Shown piece after piece: positions 11,111 to 23,288 of a DNA stretch of 64,000 bases. Location of the stretch: positions 14,694,001 through 14,758,000 of the forward strand of contig CP158635.1 in assembly GCA_050273025.1 (NCBI GenBank), written 5' to 3'. Source of the stretch: Cenococcum geophilum (lineage: Eukaryota). The notes under the pieces are model-generated. The model was not told where the DNA came from, ran no database searches, and saw nothing but the letters and a program-made list of their open reading frames with translations. How positions within the stretch are numbered: position 1 is the stretch's first letter; the number at the start of each line of letters is the position of its first letter. The position numbers and the translations under genes are program-made.

Positions 11111-14000
11111 CGTAGAGTATAAAGTACTACTATATATATTACTTATTACTAAAGAAAGTCCTTATAATTATATATAGGAAGTTTAACCAGAGATGCTAAA
11201 GACCTAAAATAGGTAGTACCTAATAGTAGCTATTATATAAGAGCGCAGCCTCCGCCCGCTCCCGCTTATAGGCGTAAATAAGCTTTATAGTTTTCTAGTT
11301 ACTATATACTAGATATAATTAGTTCTAAAAATTATTATTACAATTAAGCTATAGTTGCTCTAGGAAGATTATCTTAAGTATATAGTAGTTGCTATTTATA
11401 GAAGCCTTGCTCTCTATAATAGGGCCTAGGTTTATATAAGTTGTCTTTATAAATAGCAGAATATTAATCTCTGGCATACGCGGATATTTAAGCTTAGTAT
11501 TAGATTTAAAAATACTATTTATAGTAGTAGGGTATGTGCTTTAAAGAATATCTATAATTATAAAAATTAATATCTAATTTTAAACGCTATTATATATGTT
11601 ACCTAGCGCCTTAGTAATATCCTTAATCTAAAGCTATACCTAGTTATATAGTATACTTTAAAAAAGGCTACTAGGGGGAATATAAGATCTGTAGATAAGC
11701 TTTCCAGTAGTATAGAAATAAAAAACACTAGTATCTCTAATTAACTAATATTGCGTTCGCTTAAGGTAGTTAAAATTATTATATATAATATAGATATTAT
11801 TAAAAGCGGATATTAATTAGAGGTAAGTCTTTAATAATATTAGCGCCAGTATATTTACCGCTGGTATTATAACTTTCCTTAAAGCGTTCGGCTAATTTTA
11901 TCTTTTAATAATTAAGCGTTATATATCCGTTAATAACCCCTAGTCTATAAAGCAGTAATAAAACCTAACGCTTTATACCTATACCTTAAAGATAAAGACT
12001 AAGAAGCTAAGTAAAGTAGTTAGCGAAGCTTTAAACGCGGCCTAATAAAAGGATAGATATAAGAAGAATAACCCCCTCTAGGTGCGGATTTTATAATTTA
12101 TTAGTTTTTAGCTGTACTAATAATCTTTCTATTAGCTAGTAGAGTAAAGGGGTATATTAGCTAATTACCTTATAGCTCTATAAGAGTTAAACGTCTTTAA
12201 ACTTTAGATCTAACTTCTATAGGCTAAAAATAACTATCTTCTGCTAAAGATTACAAAGCTCTTTATAAAGGATATTTATAACCGCATTAACTAGTTCTAA
12301 ATGGATATTTATAGTTTCTATAATCGTATTATAGATTTCCTTATTTCCTAAAAGGGTAGCAATAAGCCTCTTTGCCCTCTTCTTTTTAGCCTTTTTTTTA
12401 TTACACCTTATCTATTTTTACGCCTTCTTTTTTATTAGTATTAAGCTATAGCTATACTAAAGAAAGGTTACTAAAGGACTATTGCTAGTCCCATAAATGC
12501 TCTAAAATAACTCTAACCTTTTTTTCCTTTATTACTAGGCGCGATATCCGCTTAGCAAATACTCCGGTTAATATTTAAATAGGCGTCCGCCGGTTAACTA
12601 ATATTATATTTATAGAGGGGGTAGGCAATTTAATTATTAATATATTACCCATTCGGCGGCGCTTTTTGCTTAACATTGTAGGGGCTAATAGGGTAGATAT
12701 ATTAATCGATTATAGAGCTGCTTCTGCGGATTAATTTAACGGTATTTCTAAGATAATAGCTGTTATAGGAGGGTAGATTAATTTTGTTAAAGAAGGTAAC
12801 TGCTCTATATATAAAACAAGTCGCATCGCTTAAGAAACCTTAGAAAAGTCTCTCAGACCATAGAATCAACTTTTTAACAAAAAAGGTTAGCGATATCCGC
12901 TTGCGGATATACGTATGTCCGCTAATTGATTCTATGGTCTGAGCTTGCTGAGGTAACCTTGGCGCGCTTGCAGGCAGAGGAGCATTTAAAAGATTTGGCC
13001 AGCTCAGAAGAATCACCACACATTTTCGTCTTTAGGAAAGATAGGTCACCAATATATAAGTGATGAGGAGACTGGTACTGCCGGCACATCCAATATACCA
13101 AGGTCTTGATTGACGCGAGGCCCAGAAGTGGCGGACAGGATTCGGAAGATAACACTTAGCAGTAGCTTTACTGTCCGAATCTTCTGCTAAGTTTAATTCT
13201 ACTAGTATAAATAAATCTGTGCCTTAAAGCCTTTTATTAGCGTTCTTTATATGCCTTTGCGCCTCCCTGCCTCTAGCCTATATCTATATCTCTACGTCTC
13301 TACGTCTCTACGTCTCTATATCTCTACGTCTCTATATCCCTACGTCTCTATATCCCTACGTCTCTATATCCCTACGTTACTATCTAATAAGATATGTAAA
13401 GAAACACCTAAAGAGATATGAGTAGATATAGACAGAGTTAAAAGAAAAGCAGGAGGTAGGGGGAGGAGAAGTAGAGAAGGAAGTAAAAAGGGATAGCCTA
13501 GATAGAAAGGTAGATCTGGGTGAATAGTACTTAAGCTTTAACGTTTTCTTTTTAGCCACCCCTTTAACTATAACCTCTGTCTCTGTGCCTCTGCAACTCT
13601 CTACCTCTGCCGGTGTCTCCGTTGGTGTCTATTCTCGTGTCTATGCTCGTGTCTTTACTTGTGTTTCTGGTTGTGTCTCCGCTCGCTTGCGTCTCTACTT
13701 ACATCTTTCTTATATAAAAGTATAGCTCTTCTTATTTATAAGTCTTTGGTGGGTGATGTTTGAGATTGTCCCGCAACCATGTTGCGATAAATTACTGGTC
13801 CAGGCCCGATATTGCGCTTTTAAACCGTTTTGTTGGTACGCACGACAGAGTTTTACTCGATACCGTTTAGGGAAATCCGGGGAAGACAGAATATGCTACT
13901 CTGCAAGAATTTCTTCCTTACACCATCTAGACCCATAGGGGAAAGTGTTGACCGGACAATTCAGAATGAGAACTCTGTCGATTGAAGCTGGCTCTAGAAG
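11111..14000 (-). pseudogene. DUF6589-like transposase, N-terminal and core part (RIP-degraded; 5' limit approximate)
   Basis: De-RIPed motifs YDNFDYLERTQHQ (~11760-11790), LVYGDQKT (~11300) and VLPILGLWHLWLNFL (~11180-11220). A weakly RIPed Cys/His-containing upstream region lies at 12900-14000. Confidence 0.6.
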
Positions 14001-14745
14001 CTCTCTAAATATATTAGGTAGGTGCAGGCAACGGAAACGGATATAGGTGGTAAGTAGCAGGATGGTGAGTCATAGGGCGGTAGACACCAAAGACAGTAGT
14101 AAGACGGCGGTAAGGAAATCCGATTCAGGCCAACAGAAGGAGAGTAGCGTAGCTATAGTAATAGCCAGCTAGGCAAAGTTGGAATTACGTCTTAATGCTC
14201 TGGTTGGTTTTATCGTAGATATAGCGGAAGAAGTATGAGTACTTGACGCAAGAAACTCAGAGAAAATATGATACTGATTGGCGATCTGATGGAATCTGAA
14301 TGGAAAAATATAGAATGCATGGACTGGCGGCTGGTGTATCTCGTGACTGGTCGGGACATGACGTGGAGCTTGGGGGCACGCGGCGAAGCACCGAAGCGCT
14401 CGTGATGTTCATCTGAAGTATGTGAAACGTAGTCTATGAGCAGTGAAAAGGCTACTCAAATGACAGTGCCATAGATGTATAAGTAATTGACTGGAACCAA
14501 TCGTTACCATGTAATATTGGCCGACTGTAACATTATCAACGCCGTTCGAAAATCCCCAACTGTCTGGTGAGAAATGCGAACCCACATAGCCCAGGATCGT
14601 GAACCTAGTCTTGCTGCTCGATAGAAACGACCACTCTCGAAATATTCCCTCGAGAGCGCACCAACCAAGCACAGCTCTAATCCATGAGAGAAAGAACTCC
14701 TCAATACGTATTCCTTGAGATATCAACTGGTCTTCCCAACCGCCC

Positions 14746-15312
14746 TCAAACTCCTTCCGGCCCTTTCCTGCTCTCCTCCGTATCACGGTACGGCGCGACG
14801 TCCTGATACGGGGTGGCATCCTCCACCAAACTCACATACCCCTCCCTCGCACTCCCGTGCTTATGCATCCCATGCCTACACTCGGCGCAATCCCGCGTAT
14901 GCCTAACCACCCTTTCGACGTCCCTTAGCACAAAATACACATGGATCCCGAGGTTCAGCATCTGCGGCACCGTGCTATACGTGCCTAACATGACCTGCCC
15001 ACCGTCCTGGTGCTTCGGCACATTGACCCACGCGTAGATTAGGAAAATCAAATTCAGCACAGCGATACTGAAGTCCAGGGTCAGGACATTGGTGTGGGAG
15101 AACGAGATCGCGGACCCGCCGTAACTGATTGTGCTGGGGTGGAGGAGGGCCAGCCCAAGGATGGCGGAGCAGAAGAGCGGGATTATACCGACCGCGGGAA
15201 AGGCACAGTGAGTTACTATGCTGTGAATTAGGGCGAGGGTGGCTCCGGGGGCGAAGCTGACGATGGTGAGAGTGCGGAGAGGTTGGAAGGTGAGGGAGGG
15301 ATTGGATTGCAT
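14746..15312 (-). CDS. Small fungal membrane protein (188 aa, ~4 hydrophobic segments), unknown function
   Basis: ATG-initiated ORF with several TM-like stretches and a charged C-terminal tail, in non-RIPed sequence. Confidence 0.7.
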   Translation of the reverse strand: MQSNPSLTFQPLRTLTIVSFAPGATLALIHSIVTHCAFPAVGIIPLFCSAILGLALLHPSTISYGGSAISFSHTNVLTLDFSIAVLNLIFLIYAWVNVPKHQDGGQVMLGTYSTVPQMLNLGIHVYFVLRDVERVVRHTRDCAECRHGMHKHGSAREGYVSLVEDATPYQDVAPYRDTEESRKGPEGV

Positions 15313-15715
15313 GGCTCTTGAGCCGATGAGAATTTAGGAGATGGAGTGAGAGAAGACCATGTAAAGGGAGATTAGAGTTGAGTGGGCTCTGATTTTCTAG
15401 ATTCTTGGAACTTTGGAATTACGTGGATGTAGACAAACGAGACTGGGAATTTGAAAAGCGACTACCCTTTGTGTTTTAAAGTATTGCTAAGTTTAGAGAT
15501 CGTCCTGCGGAGGCAACAGCACAAGGCTTAGTCCCCTGGAAATTGGATGATCGAATCCTTCGGGGCTATGCGGCAGGGTTTCCGAGGGCGGAGCCTCTAC
15601 CAATGCTTTGTCAGATGCTCCTTGCATGGTTCTTGAAACGCCTCCTAATGAAGACAACTTGAATCTCGGGGAAGAGAGCTTGCAGTATTGTATTGTGCAC
15701 GACCAGTTTCACCCT

Positions 15716-15879
15716 CCCAACTAGCCTCGTTATAACAGCTCGCCTCACCACAACTTAATCCAATACGCAAATATATCTATCTACGCTATAAAAATTTAAA
15801 CGCATCTATTATAATTCTAGGGATATAGTTATATAATATTTATAATTATTGTGGTGGCCGGTCGTGGCGACTAGTTGGG
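15716..15879. mobile_element. Small RIP-marked MITE-like remnant
   Basis: Imperfect inverted ends cccaactag...caccacaa / ttgtggtg...ctagttggg around an AT-rich core; no TSD identified. Confidence 0.4.
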
Positions 15880-18800
15880 GTAACGATCAGAGTTACAAAA
15901 ACTAGAGCTATTGCGGTAGTATGCGGCTTGCTAGCTTTATTGCATTAAGTTTAATTATGGTAAGGCGAGCTTTCCTAACGAGGGTGAATTTCAATTCTTG
16001 GTTTGGGGTGAAGCTAGTCGTGCACAAAGCTGTATAAGGGATGGAGAATGCAAGACGCTTGCATGGTGTTTTGCCGCTAAAGACCCAAGCTTTGTAAGAC
16101 GTACTAGTCTCATATTGATGTGTGACTCCATACTCTATCTGCCCTTCTGACCCATAAAACAACAAGTACCCAAGAGCCTGTGAGTCAATGGGAAAAAGGA
16201 GTAGCTAGTGTCCAGTACATATAGGGGACCTGCGCTCGGAGAATATTGTTCCTGTAGTTGGCCTATTTACTAGTTCTTTTGGAGTTGTACCTATTAATAA
16301 GTATGGCAGAATATCAACGAACGGCATATATCCGCAGCGTTAGGATTGATCATGAAACTTTCGAGGGCTAGCATTGGAGAATTCCGCCTAGATATCCAAC
16401 GTGTATACGCTATGCAATGAAGCGCAACTACCGGTTCATTCTCGGGGCCTCCAACGATATCGATCGGCGCACGCTACAATATCTACTTGATCCGCCGAAG
16501 CTCTGGGAGCCCGAGCCACCACAGATTGACCGTAGTCATGTAACTCTCTATTTTTCTAAAGGACTCCGCAATGTCTTGTTCTTCCTTGGTAACACAGCGA
16601 TATCTAGAGGAAGAGAAAATTAGCTGGAATATAGCTGGCGAGGACGTCGAATCGCTGGACGAGATTTTACTTGAGAAAGGCGGCAATCTTATCTCCGGAA
16701 TCTTGGCAGAGGACTCCTCTCGCGACCACTTCTCTAATATTTGTGATGGGCAGAAGTAGCCAGAAAGAGGAAAAAGTAGACATAAGTCTCATGCATTTGC
16801 GCGATCGGTAACAGGGACACTTGTTGACGGCGGGCAGCGGGCAGAGATTGAGGGGGAAACGTTGGGAGGATTGCAGAGTGGGAGGCGTCGCAAACGGTGG
16901 GATACATGCCCACAGGGTGGAGAGAACCACAGCAACGGAAACAAGCTGTGAACATGCTGTCTGTGCTTCCGGAGCGTTCAACGCTCGAGCACAAGGGTGT
17001 CGGAGTTGGTGGGGAAAGACCTATCAGCCAGGAGTACATGGCGATCGCACCGAGCCAATCCATGCTCTTCAAGTTGCCGTGCGCCGCAACAACCGGAGTA
17101 TCCTTAAACTATAACACGGGGAAAATATAGCTTAAAGGAGGCAAGCTCGACATGAAAGACAGGAGCTTCGGGAGGCAATCTGCATCTTCAGCAAGAATGT
17201 AGTGCCAGAAAGTTAAAGAAGTGTATATATCATATGCGTGTCGGATATCGGTAGATTGTCATGCGGATCAGATGAAAATCGGTTGTGATGCTTTCCCTTT
17301 CCATCACCAAGACCGACCTCCCGGGGTTTTGGGAGCGAAGACTGACGTCGTAGGACTACGGCCGAATCACAATACCGCAGCGCTGGTAGTATAAGTACGA
17401 GAGGACTCGATGCTGGCCGGCAAAATTCCCTCGGAGGAGCAGAGGAGTAATCTGATGACGGGCTTTCGTCTGGATGCGTGCTATGAGATACACATACGTA
17501 CCTACTTACTCGTATTGTATTGGGGGCGCTGAAGCTTGCTCGTTGAAGCTTGCTCGCTAGGCACCAGAGGGTGGAGCTCGTGGTGTCAGAGGGCTCTGCT
17601 GACAGGTGACGCATATTTAAGACAAGTGATCGCCTTCGGATGAATTATGTGAAGCCTGATTCGTCGAATGAACTTGAGCGATGGAGGCTTCACGCAGCGA
17701 ATGGCATGGATCATATGCTGCAATGTGTGCTAAAAATTGCGGATGTCGCCATGGCAAGCTGCCGTGGCTAGGCCGGAAAAAGCCACGGGCCAACACGAGG
17801 CGGAATTGTGCGCTTTTGCGGGCGGAGATATTGTATTGTGGGTGGGCCCTGTCTATTTGCAGCCACGGTAGGAGGCTGCCTGAGCGCCAAATAGGAGGCA
17901 TGCAAGGGACAAGCGACGGGATGCGGGCTGTCAGAACTTTGGGAAGACAGAAGACGACCCCCCTGCTGCGGAAGCCTTAATGCTTGAATGCTTGATTGAA
18001 ATACTTTTTTTTAACGCGGTTTGGTTGAGACACTCGTCTGTGGTACGCAGTGCTGCATGCGTAACGAGACGCAGCGAATCAGCGACCCGGCCAGAGTCCC
18101 CAAGCCAGATCTGGTGGCGTCTCGCTCCCTTTTGCTTCGGCGTTGCGCAACAACGCGTGGCCCTTGTCTGGTCTGGTCGTAGCTGGAACCGCTTTGGTTG
18201 ATGGCTGAGTGAGATTCTGAGAGAGCCTCTCTCGGGTCAGCGCTTCGAAAAGACTCAGCCGCAAAGAATGCTCCAAGCAATACTGTAAGTGAAGCTGGAG
18301 CCTGCGGACTTCGTGGAGAATATACCACCGTGGATCGTCGCATGTTCAATTCCAAAGCCGGGAGGCTAGCAGAGATCGACCCACCTGTAACGCTAGCTCC
18401 GCCGACTATGGGCTACTGATACGAGGCGAAAGCATTCCAGAAACGACAACGAACTTTTTGGAGGCCGACGTTTCCGTAACCCTTCTGCTGTGAAGAGGCC
18501 GCTTCATCCTCCTCCAAGCTGTTTTAACCCTCCGCGACTTCTCGACGTCTTCACGGCGCTCCAATTGCTCATTTCCACAGCCCACCGCGGTCGTTCAGCT
18601 ATCGCTTCCTTCAGCCTCTTTTGAAACCCTTGGCTGTCAGACCCTGACATTGCGGCTGTCGATAACACGCAGTCTGAGCGTCACCCGAGAGTTGACCCTT
18701 CCTGCAGCGCTAGACAGACAGCCCGCCTTTCTAATGTACCTAGCAAGGGCCTTCAGCAAGATTTGCCTACGCCGATAGTCATTTTGCTATCTTGCAAATT

Positions 18801-18931
18801 CGGATCCCCACCAAAACAATCACTACTTATCATCCTCCCCTTCATCCGCCTCCTAGAAAACTTCCGGCCACGCCCAGTCTCTTGCTCCCCAGTCTCCATC
18901 CCTCTCCGCAGCTAGCCCACACCTAGTCAAA

Positions 18932-20275
18932 ATGCTCACCTTTCGACGGGCCCTGGTCATCTCCGCCGCCGTTCTCACACTCCTTTTCATCTTTCGATCA
19001 TCACATTCATCACCTACCCAGCCTAAGGCCCTAACAGCAGACTCACTAGTCCACCCCGAACCTATCTCCAAAACCAATGCTGAGCAGCCCGCCAGACAAG
19101 AGACAACAGACCCGCCGAAAGCCAAACCTAAAGAAAATGGAGCATGGAAAGGAGCAGGGAGTGCTCAGATAAACTCCAAGAAACCCAAGACCCAAATATC
19201 CCTCGATGACGTCCGCAAACGACCGCTCCGCGACCAGCTCGAATATCAATTCCCCTACGATGTCGACACCAAGTTCCCTGCCTACATCTGGCAGACATGG
19301 AAGTATACACCTGCGTCCGGTGAGTTCGAGGAGGTTTTCCGCGAGGCGGAGGCCAGCTGGACGATTCTCCATCCTACATTCGTACACGAAGTGATCACGG
19401 ACACCGTCGCCGTGCACCTGATGCGTCATCTGTACGCTTCGGTGCCGGAGGTGCTGGAGGCGTACAATGCGCTGCCCCTACCCGTCCTGAAAGCCGACTT
19501 TTTTCGCTATCTCATCTTGCTGGCAAGAGGAGGAATATACTCGGATATCGACACTGCAGCTTTGAAGTCGGCAACGGACTGGGTGCCTACGGATGTGCCG
19601 CGGACTTCATATGGCCTTGTCATTGGCATTGAGGCTGATCCGGACCGTGAGGACTGGGCTCAATGGTATTCGAGGCGGATCCAGTTCTGCCAATGGACGA
19701 TCCAGGCGAAGCCGGGACACCCGGCCCTGCGAAATATTGTTGCCAACATCACGGAGGAGACACTTAAGCGAAAGGCTGAAGGACGGCTAACGAAAGATAC
19801 AAAAAATATTATTGAGTTCACTGGTCCTGCGCTGTGGACGGACATCATTTTCTCATTCTTCAACGACCCAGAATATTTCGACATGAGCACAAGCAAGGGT
19901 AACATTACATGGGAGCAATTCACCAACATTAAGGCCGCTAAGAAAGCTGGCGATGTTATCGTTCTGCCCATCACCAGCTTTAGCCCCGGCGTGCGGCAGA
20001 TGGGTGCTGGCGAGGATGATGACCCGATGGCTTTCGTGAAACACAATTTTGAAGGTACGTATCCCTGATGCCTCTGTACAACACCCTTCTGTCCCCGCTT
20101 TATGTACTCAACGGCTTGTTACACATGACTGCATCTAGCTGCGTCAACCCTTGGCGTACTCCAACGCCCCCTCGACCCCCGTCCCCAGCTAGTTCCGAGT
20201 AAGGATGCTAACCTCTCTACTTGCACAGGTACCTGGAAACCGGAAGCAGAGCGACACATTGGCGAGGTCATCTAA
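18932..20275 (+). CDS. OCH1: Initiation-specific alpha-1,6-mannosyltransferase (GT32); exons 18932-20054 and 20229-20275
   Basis: N-terminal signal anchor; motifs FPAYIWQTWK, KADFFRYLILLARGGIYSDID (DxD), GIEADPDREDW, RRIQFCQWTIQAKPGHP. GTACGT...GCTAAC...CAG intron restores the end HNFEGTWKPEAERHIGEVI*. Confidence 0.95.
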
Positions 20276-21446
20276 ATCGACTCTCAAGTAACACAATGAC
20301 CCTTAGCGGACCTGCCTTTTCGACCGACCCCTCACCACTAAACCCTCAGACCGATCGATTGGATAAGCGACGAGAAACACCCTTGTGTACATCTGTATTT
20401 CTCTCACCATCGCCTTCTTGCATTTTCGAGCGAGCGAGCGCGCACTGGCATTCACACTCAAGCGGGATAACAAAAACAACGGGAAAAAACACGGAAAAGC
20501 AATTCCTTCGCAAACTTTATAGAATGGAGCTTTCGGCCGGGGAGGATCACTCCACAGCCTTGTCCTGGGGATAGGTTGGGCATTTTCAACGCGGGCGAGG
20601 GGAGGGGAAAGAAAGTAGCGGAGGCAGTTTGGGTTAGGATATATGGCAAAACGGCGCGGTATTCCCGGGTTCAAGTGCTGAATCGGGGCCTTTTGTCTGT
20701 TGGTTCGGTTCTTTGGTTGGGCGGCGCTGGGGAGTTTTTCTGCACTTGTTTTATTGCTTGTTAGGATTAGTGGCATAGAGGGTACGATATGAGTATATAG
20801 TGCTTGCAGGAACGATCTATGATATGCTCATTGACTGAGCTCATTGGTTTTGAAATGCGCTTCTCTCGTTGCAGGTTTGCAATACTATCATAGAGTGAAG
20901 AGGGCTATATGCTGCCCGAGCTGATTTCGTGTCTCGCTGATCCGGCGTACCGTGCATGTACGGAGTATCCGCCAAACAGTGAACCCGCAGGAGTAAAGCA
21001 ACATAGCGCGAAAGACGACGCTATCCCCTCTACGCCTTGGAGATATGAAAAGAAGATACAAATCCGAAAATACAAATTCCAGGATCCTACAACGCCAGGG
21101 CCGCAGAGCCAGCTCCGTGTCGGCAAGGAGAGTTTCAAATAAAATATAAAATAAAATATACGAATAATGTCCGCGATAGGGGAATAAGCCCCAATCTTAC
21201 TCCGGATAATATCCACATAAGATCGGGTTTCGAAACTTCAGGGCTCTCTCTCTCTGTGTGTGTACGAAACTCGTAACTCGTAACTCGTAAATCTTAAATT
21301 CTAAGAATACCCAGCTTTCGCACCCTCATTCTCTCCCGTCCATTCATCTTACACTCTTACACTCTAACCCCCTACATTCCGCGTTCCCCACACCCCCCCT
21401 CTCTCTCGTGTCCCCTAACCTCCAAAAAAAAACATCGCCAAGCACC

Positions 21447-21851
21447 TCATCTCCTCTGCCCCGTCAGCGCATTCAAGAAGGTATCCCAAATCAGCACGAT
21501 GGTGTCGCCAACACTCGGCCTCCGCTCGTGCTCGTAGCGGCTGCTGCTGCTGCTGTTACGGTGACCGCTGCCGCCGCCGCCGCCGCCGCCGCCGCTCGAG
21601 TGGCGCGAGTAGTGCGAGTGGCGCGAGTAGTGCGAGTGGCGCGATCCCGGGCGGTTGTGGTCGGAGTGCGAGCGGTGCGAGCGGTGCGAGTCGTAGGAGC
21701 GGCGCGTCGGCGTCTGCGAGGCTGGCGCCGTGCTGAGAGGTTGCGCGTGCTGTTGCGGGGTGCTGGGGGCGTAGGGGGAGGATTGGGCGGATGGTGGTGG
21801 GGGGAAGTAGGATTGTTGTTGTTGTTGAGGTGGTGAGTAGTGGGATGTCAT
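21447..21851 (-). CDS. Small Pro/Gln/His/Ser-rich hypothetical protein (134 aa)
   Basis: ATG-initiated ORF with low-complexity body and an ordered C-terminus RRPSVGDTIVLIWDTFLNAL; pyrimidine-rich 5' leader. Confidence 0.65.
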   Translation of the reverse strand: MTSHYSPPQQQQQSYFPPPPSAQSSPYAPSTPQQHAQPLSTAPASQTPTRRSYDSHRSHRSHSDHNRPGSRHSHYSRHSHYSRHSSGGGGGGGGSGHRNSSSSSRYEHERRPSVGDTIVLIWDTFLNALTGQRR

Positions 21852-22641
21852 GGTTTGGGATGTTGTGCGACGGGGTGGTTGTGATGATGGTGAATGGACG
21901 ATTGATTAGATGGGTCTATGTGTGTGTGGATGTATGGACGCTTTCTGCTAAATTTCCGAGAAACTGTAGTAGTTATTGTAGAAGGCTGTGATATAAGGAC
22001 CTGGGCCTGATATCTTTCTAGCAGGCCGGGGTCGAGATATCACGGAAGTGATTTGCGCGGGATGGTGTTGGTACCGAATCTGGAGGATCAGCAGCACTGA
22101 AGCAGGTTAATTTCTCAGCAACGTGTACGAGCAATGTGTATGGGCAGCCTGGTACATCCCATGGCAATATATAAAAGGCAACGTTTGCCTTCAACCACTA
22201 TGAAGATTGGTTCCGTCAGCCTTGGTGGTCACGGTGGTCTTGTGCTTGTGAAGAATGACGTCGAAGGGTCGGCATCTCCCGTTTAGGCAGGAGACGAAGA
22301 GCCAAGAGTCGGTGTAGGCTGATAGGGCGGGTTGCCTGGTCGGTCAATCAGATAAACTCGCACGTACAGGCGTATTGCTCCTTATCCAACAAATTCTCCA
22401 ACAATCGTCTCTACAACCTATTATGCAATATACATATCTGCGCGCATAGGCCTTGCTAGCAGGAACACCTCGATCGAATTAAGCTACAATAGAGTTAAAT
22501 TATATGTAAAATCTAAGCTTTATTACCATAATACTAAGTTGCAATTAATTGATTAATCCACGGCTCCATTGTGCCAAGACTTGATTGAATCTAGAGCTTG
22601 GTAAAAGGAGCGCCTTTCTCAACGGCGCATGGGATAGGGTG

Positions 22642-22798
22642 GCTTGCTGCAGTACTGTAATCTATTACTTTGCGATATAGTACCAAGTCGCTAGCCCTTT
22701 CTAAAAGACTTTGCTTAATAATAACACCTATCAAGCCACAGCTATAGCCCACAAGGGTGTAGTCGGGTGCCCTCCCTGATAGCGTGATCGAGGTGTTC
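22642..22798. repeat. Left arm of inverted repeat flanking the NLR gene
   Basis: Reverse complement of 28358-28529; shared core ttctaaaagactttgcttaataataa and ccctccctg.tagcgtgatc.aggtgt. Confidence 0.9.
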
Positions 22799-23288
22799 GT
22801 CCGCTTCCCTTAAGACCGAAGTATGGCAAATCTTAAGCTTAAAGGTATTTCTATTACTAGCCACCTTGTCACTGATCTAGAGAACTCTAGAAGCCTCGCC
22901 GTAAGCGGTGTCAAATTACCCAACTATGTATTCTCGCTTACCCCTGGACCCCTCTATAAAATAGAGATATAATAAAAAATATTAAATTCTATGGCTTCCA
23001 CTATGCCAGAATCAGGCTAGACTAAGTACCTTTTCTCTTCCTTCGAGCGCCCACCGGTGCATTGTTTCGGTCTCTTCATACTCGCCCTGGCTCGCCAACA
23101 CCGAACCAAGGTCGTCAACGCTGGTGGGCGTAAAGGGGTATTCTTAACCCATTTATCACGAAGACTCTAGAACATTTGGCAAGCTTAAGGAAAAGATATA
23201 AATTCATGGGGACCCCTAAGGCCCTTAAGATATAATAGATTTATAAGGTATTAAAACGAATACCTACATATGAATGCTCCCAAGAATC

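Noticed and set aside
16270..17200. Coding-like fragments (DIDRRTLQYLLDPPKLWEP; YLEEEKISWNIAGEDVESLDEILL)
   Set aside because: May be a decayed gene, but I could not recognise a family or build a consistent model.
17213..18900. Several short overlapping ORFs upstream of OCH1
   Set aside because: No recognisable motifs, mostly non-ATG starts; consistent with promoter or 5' UTR sequence.
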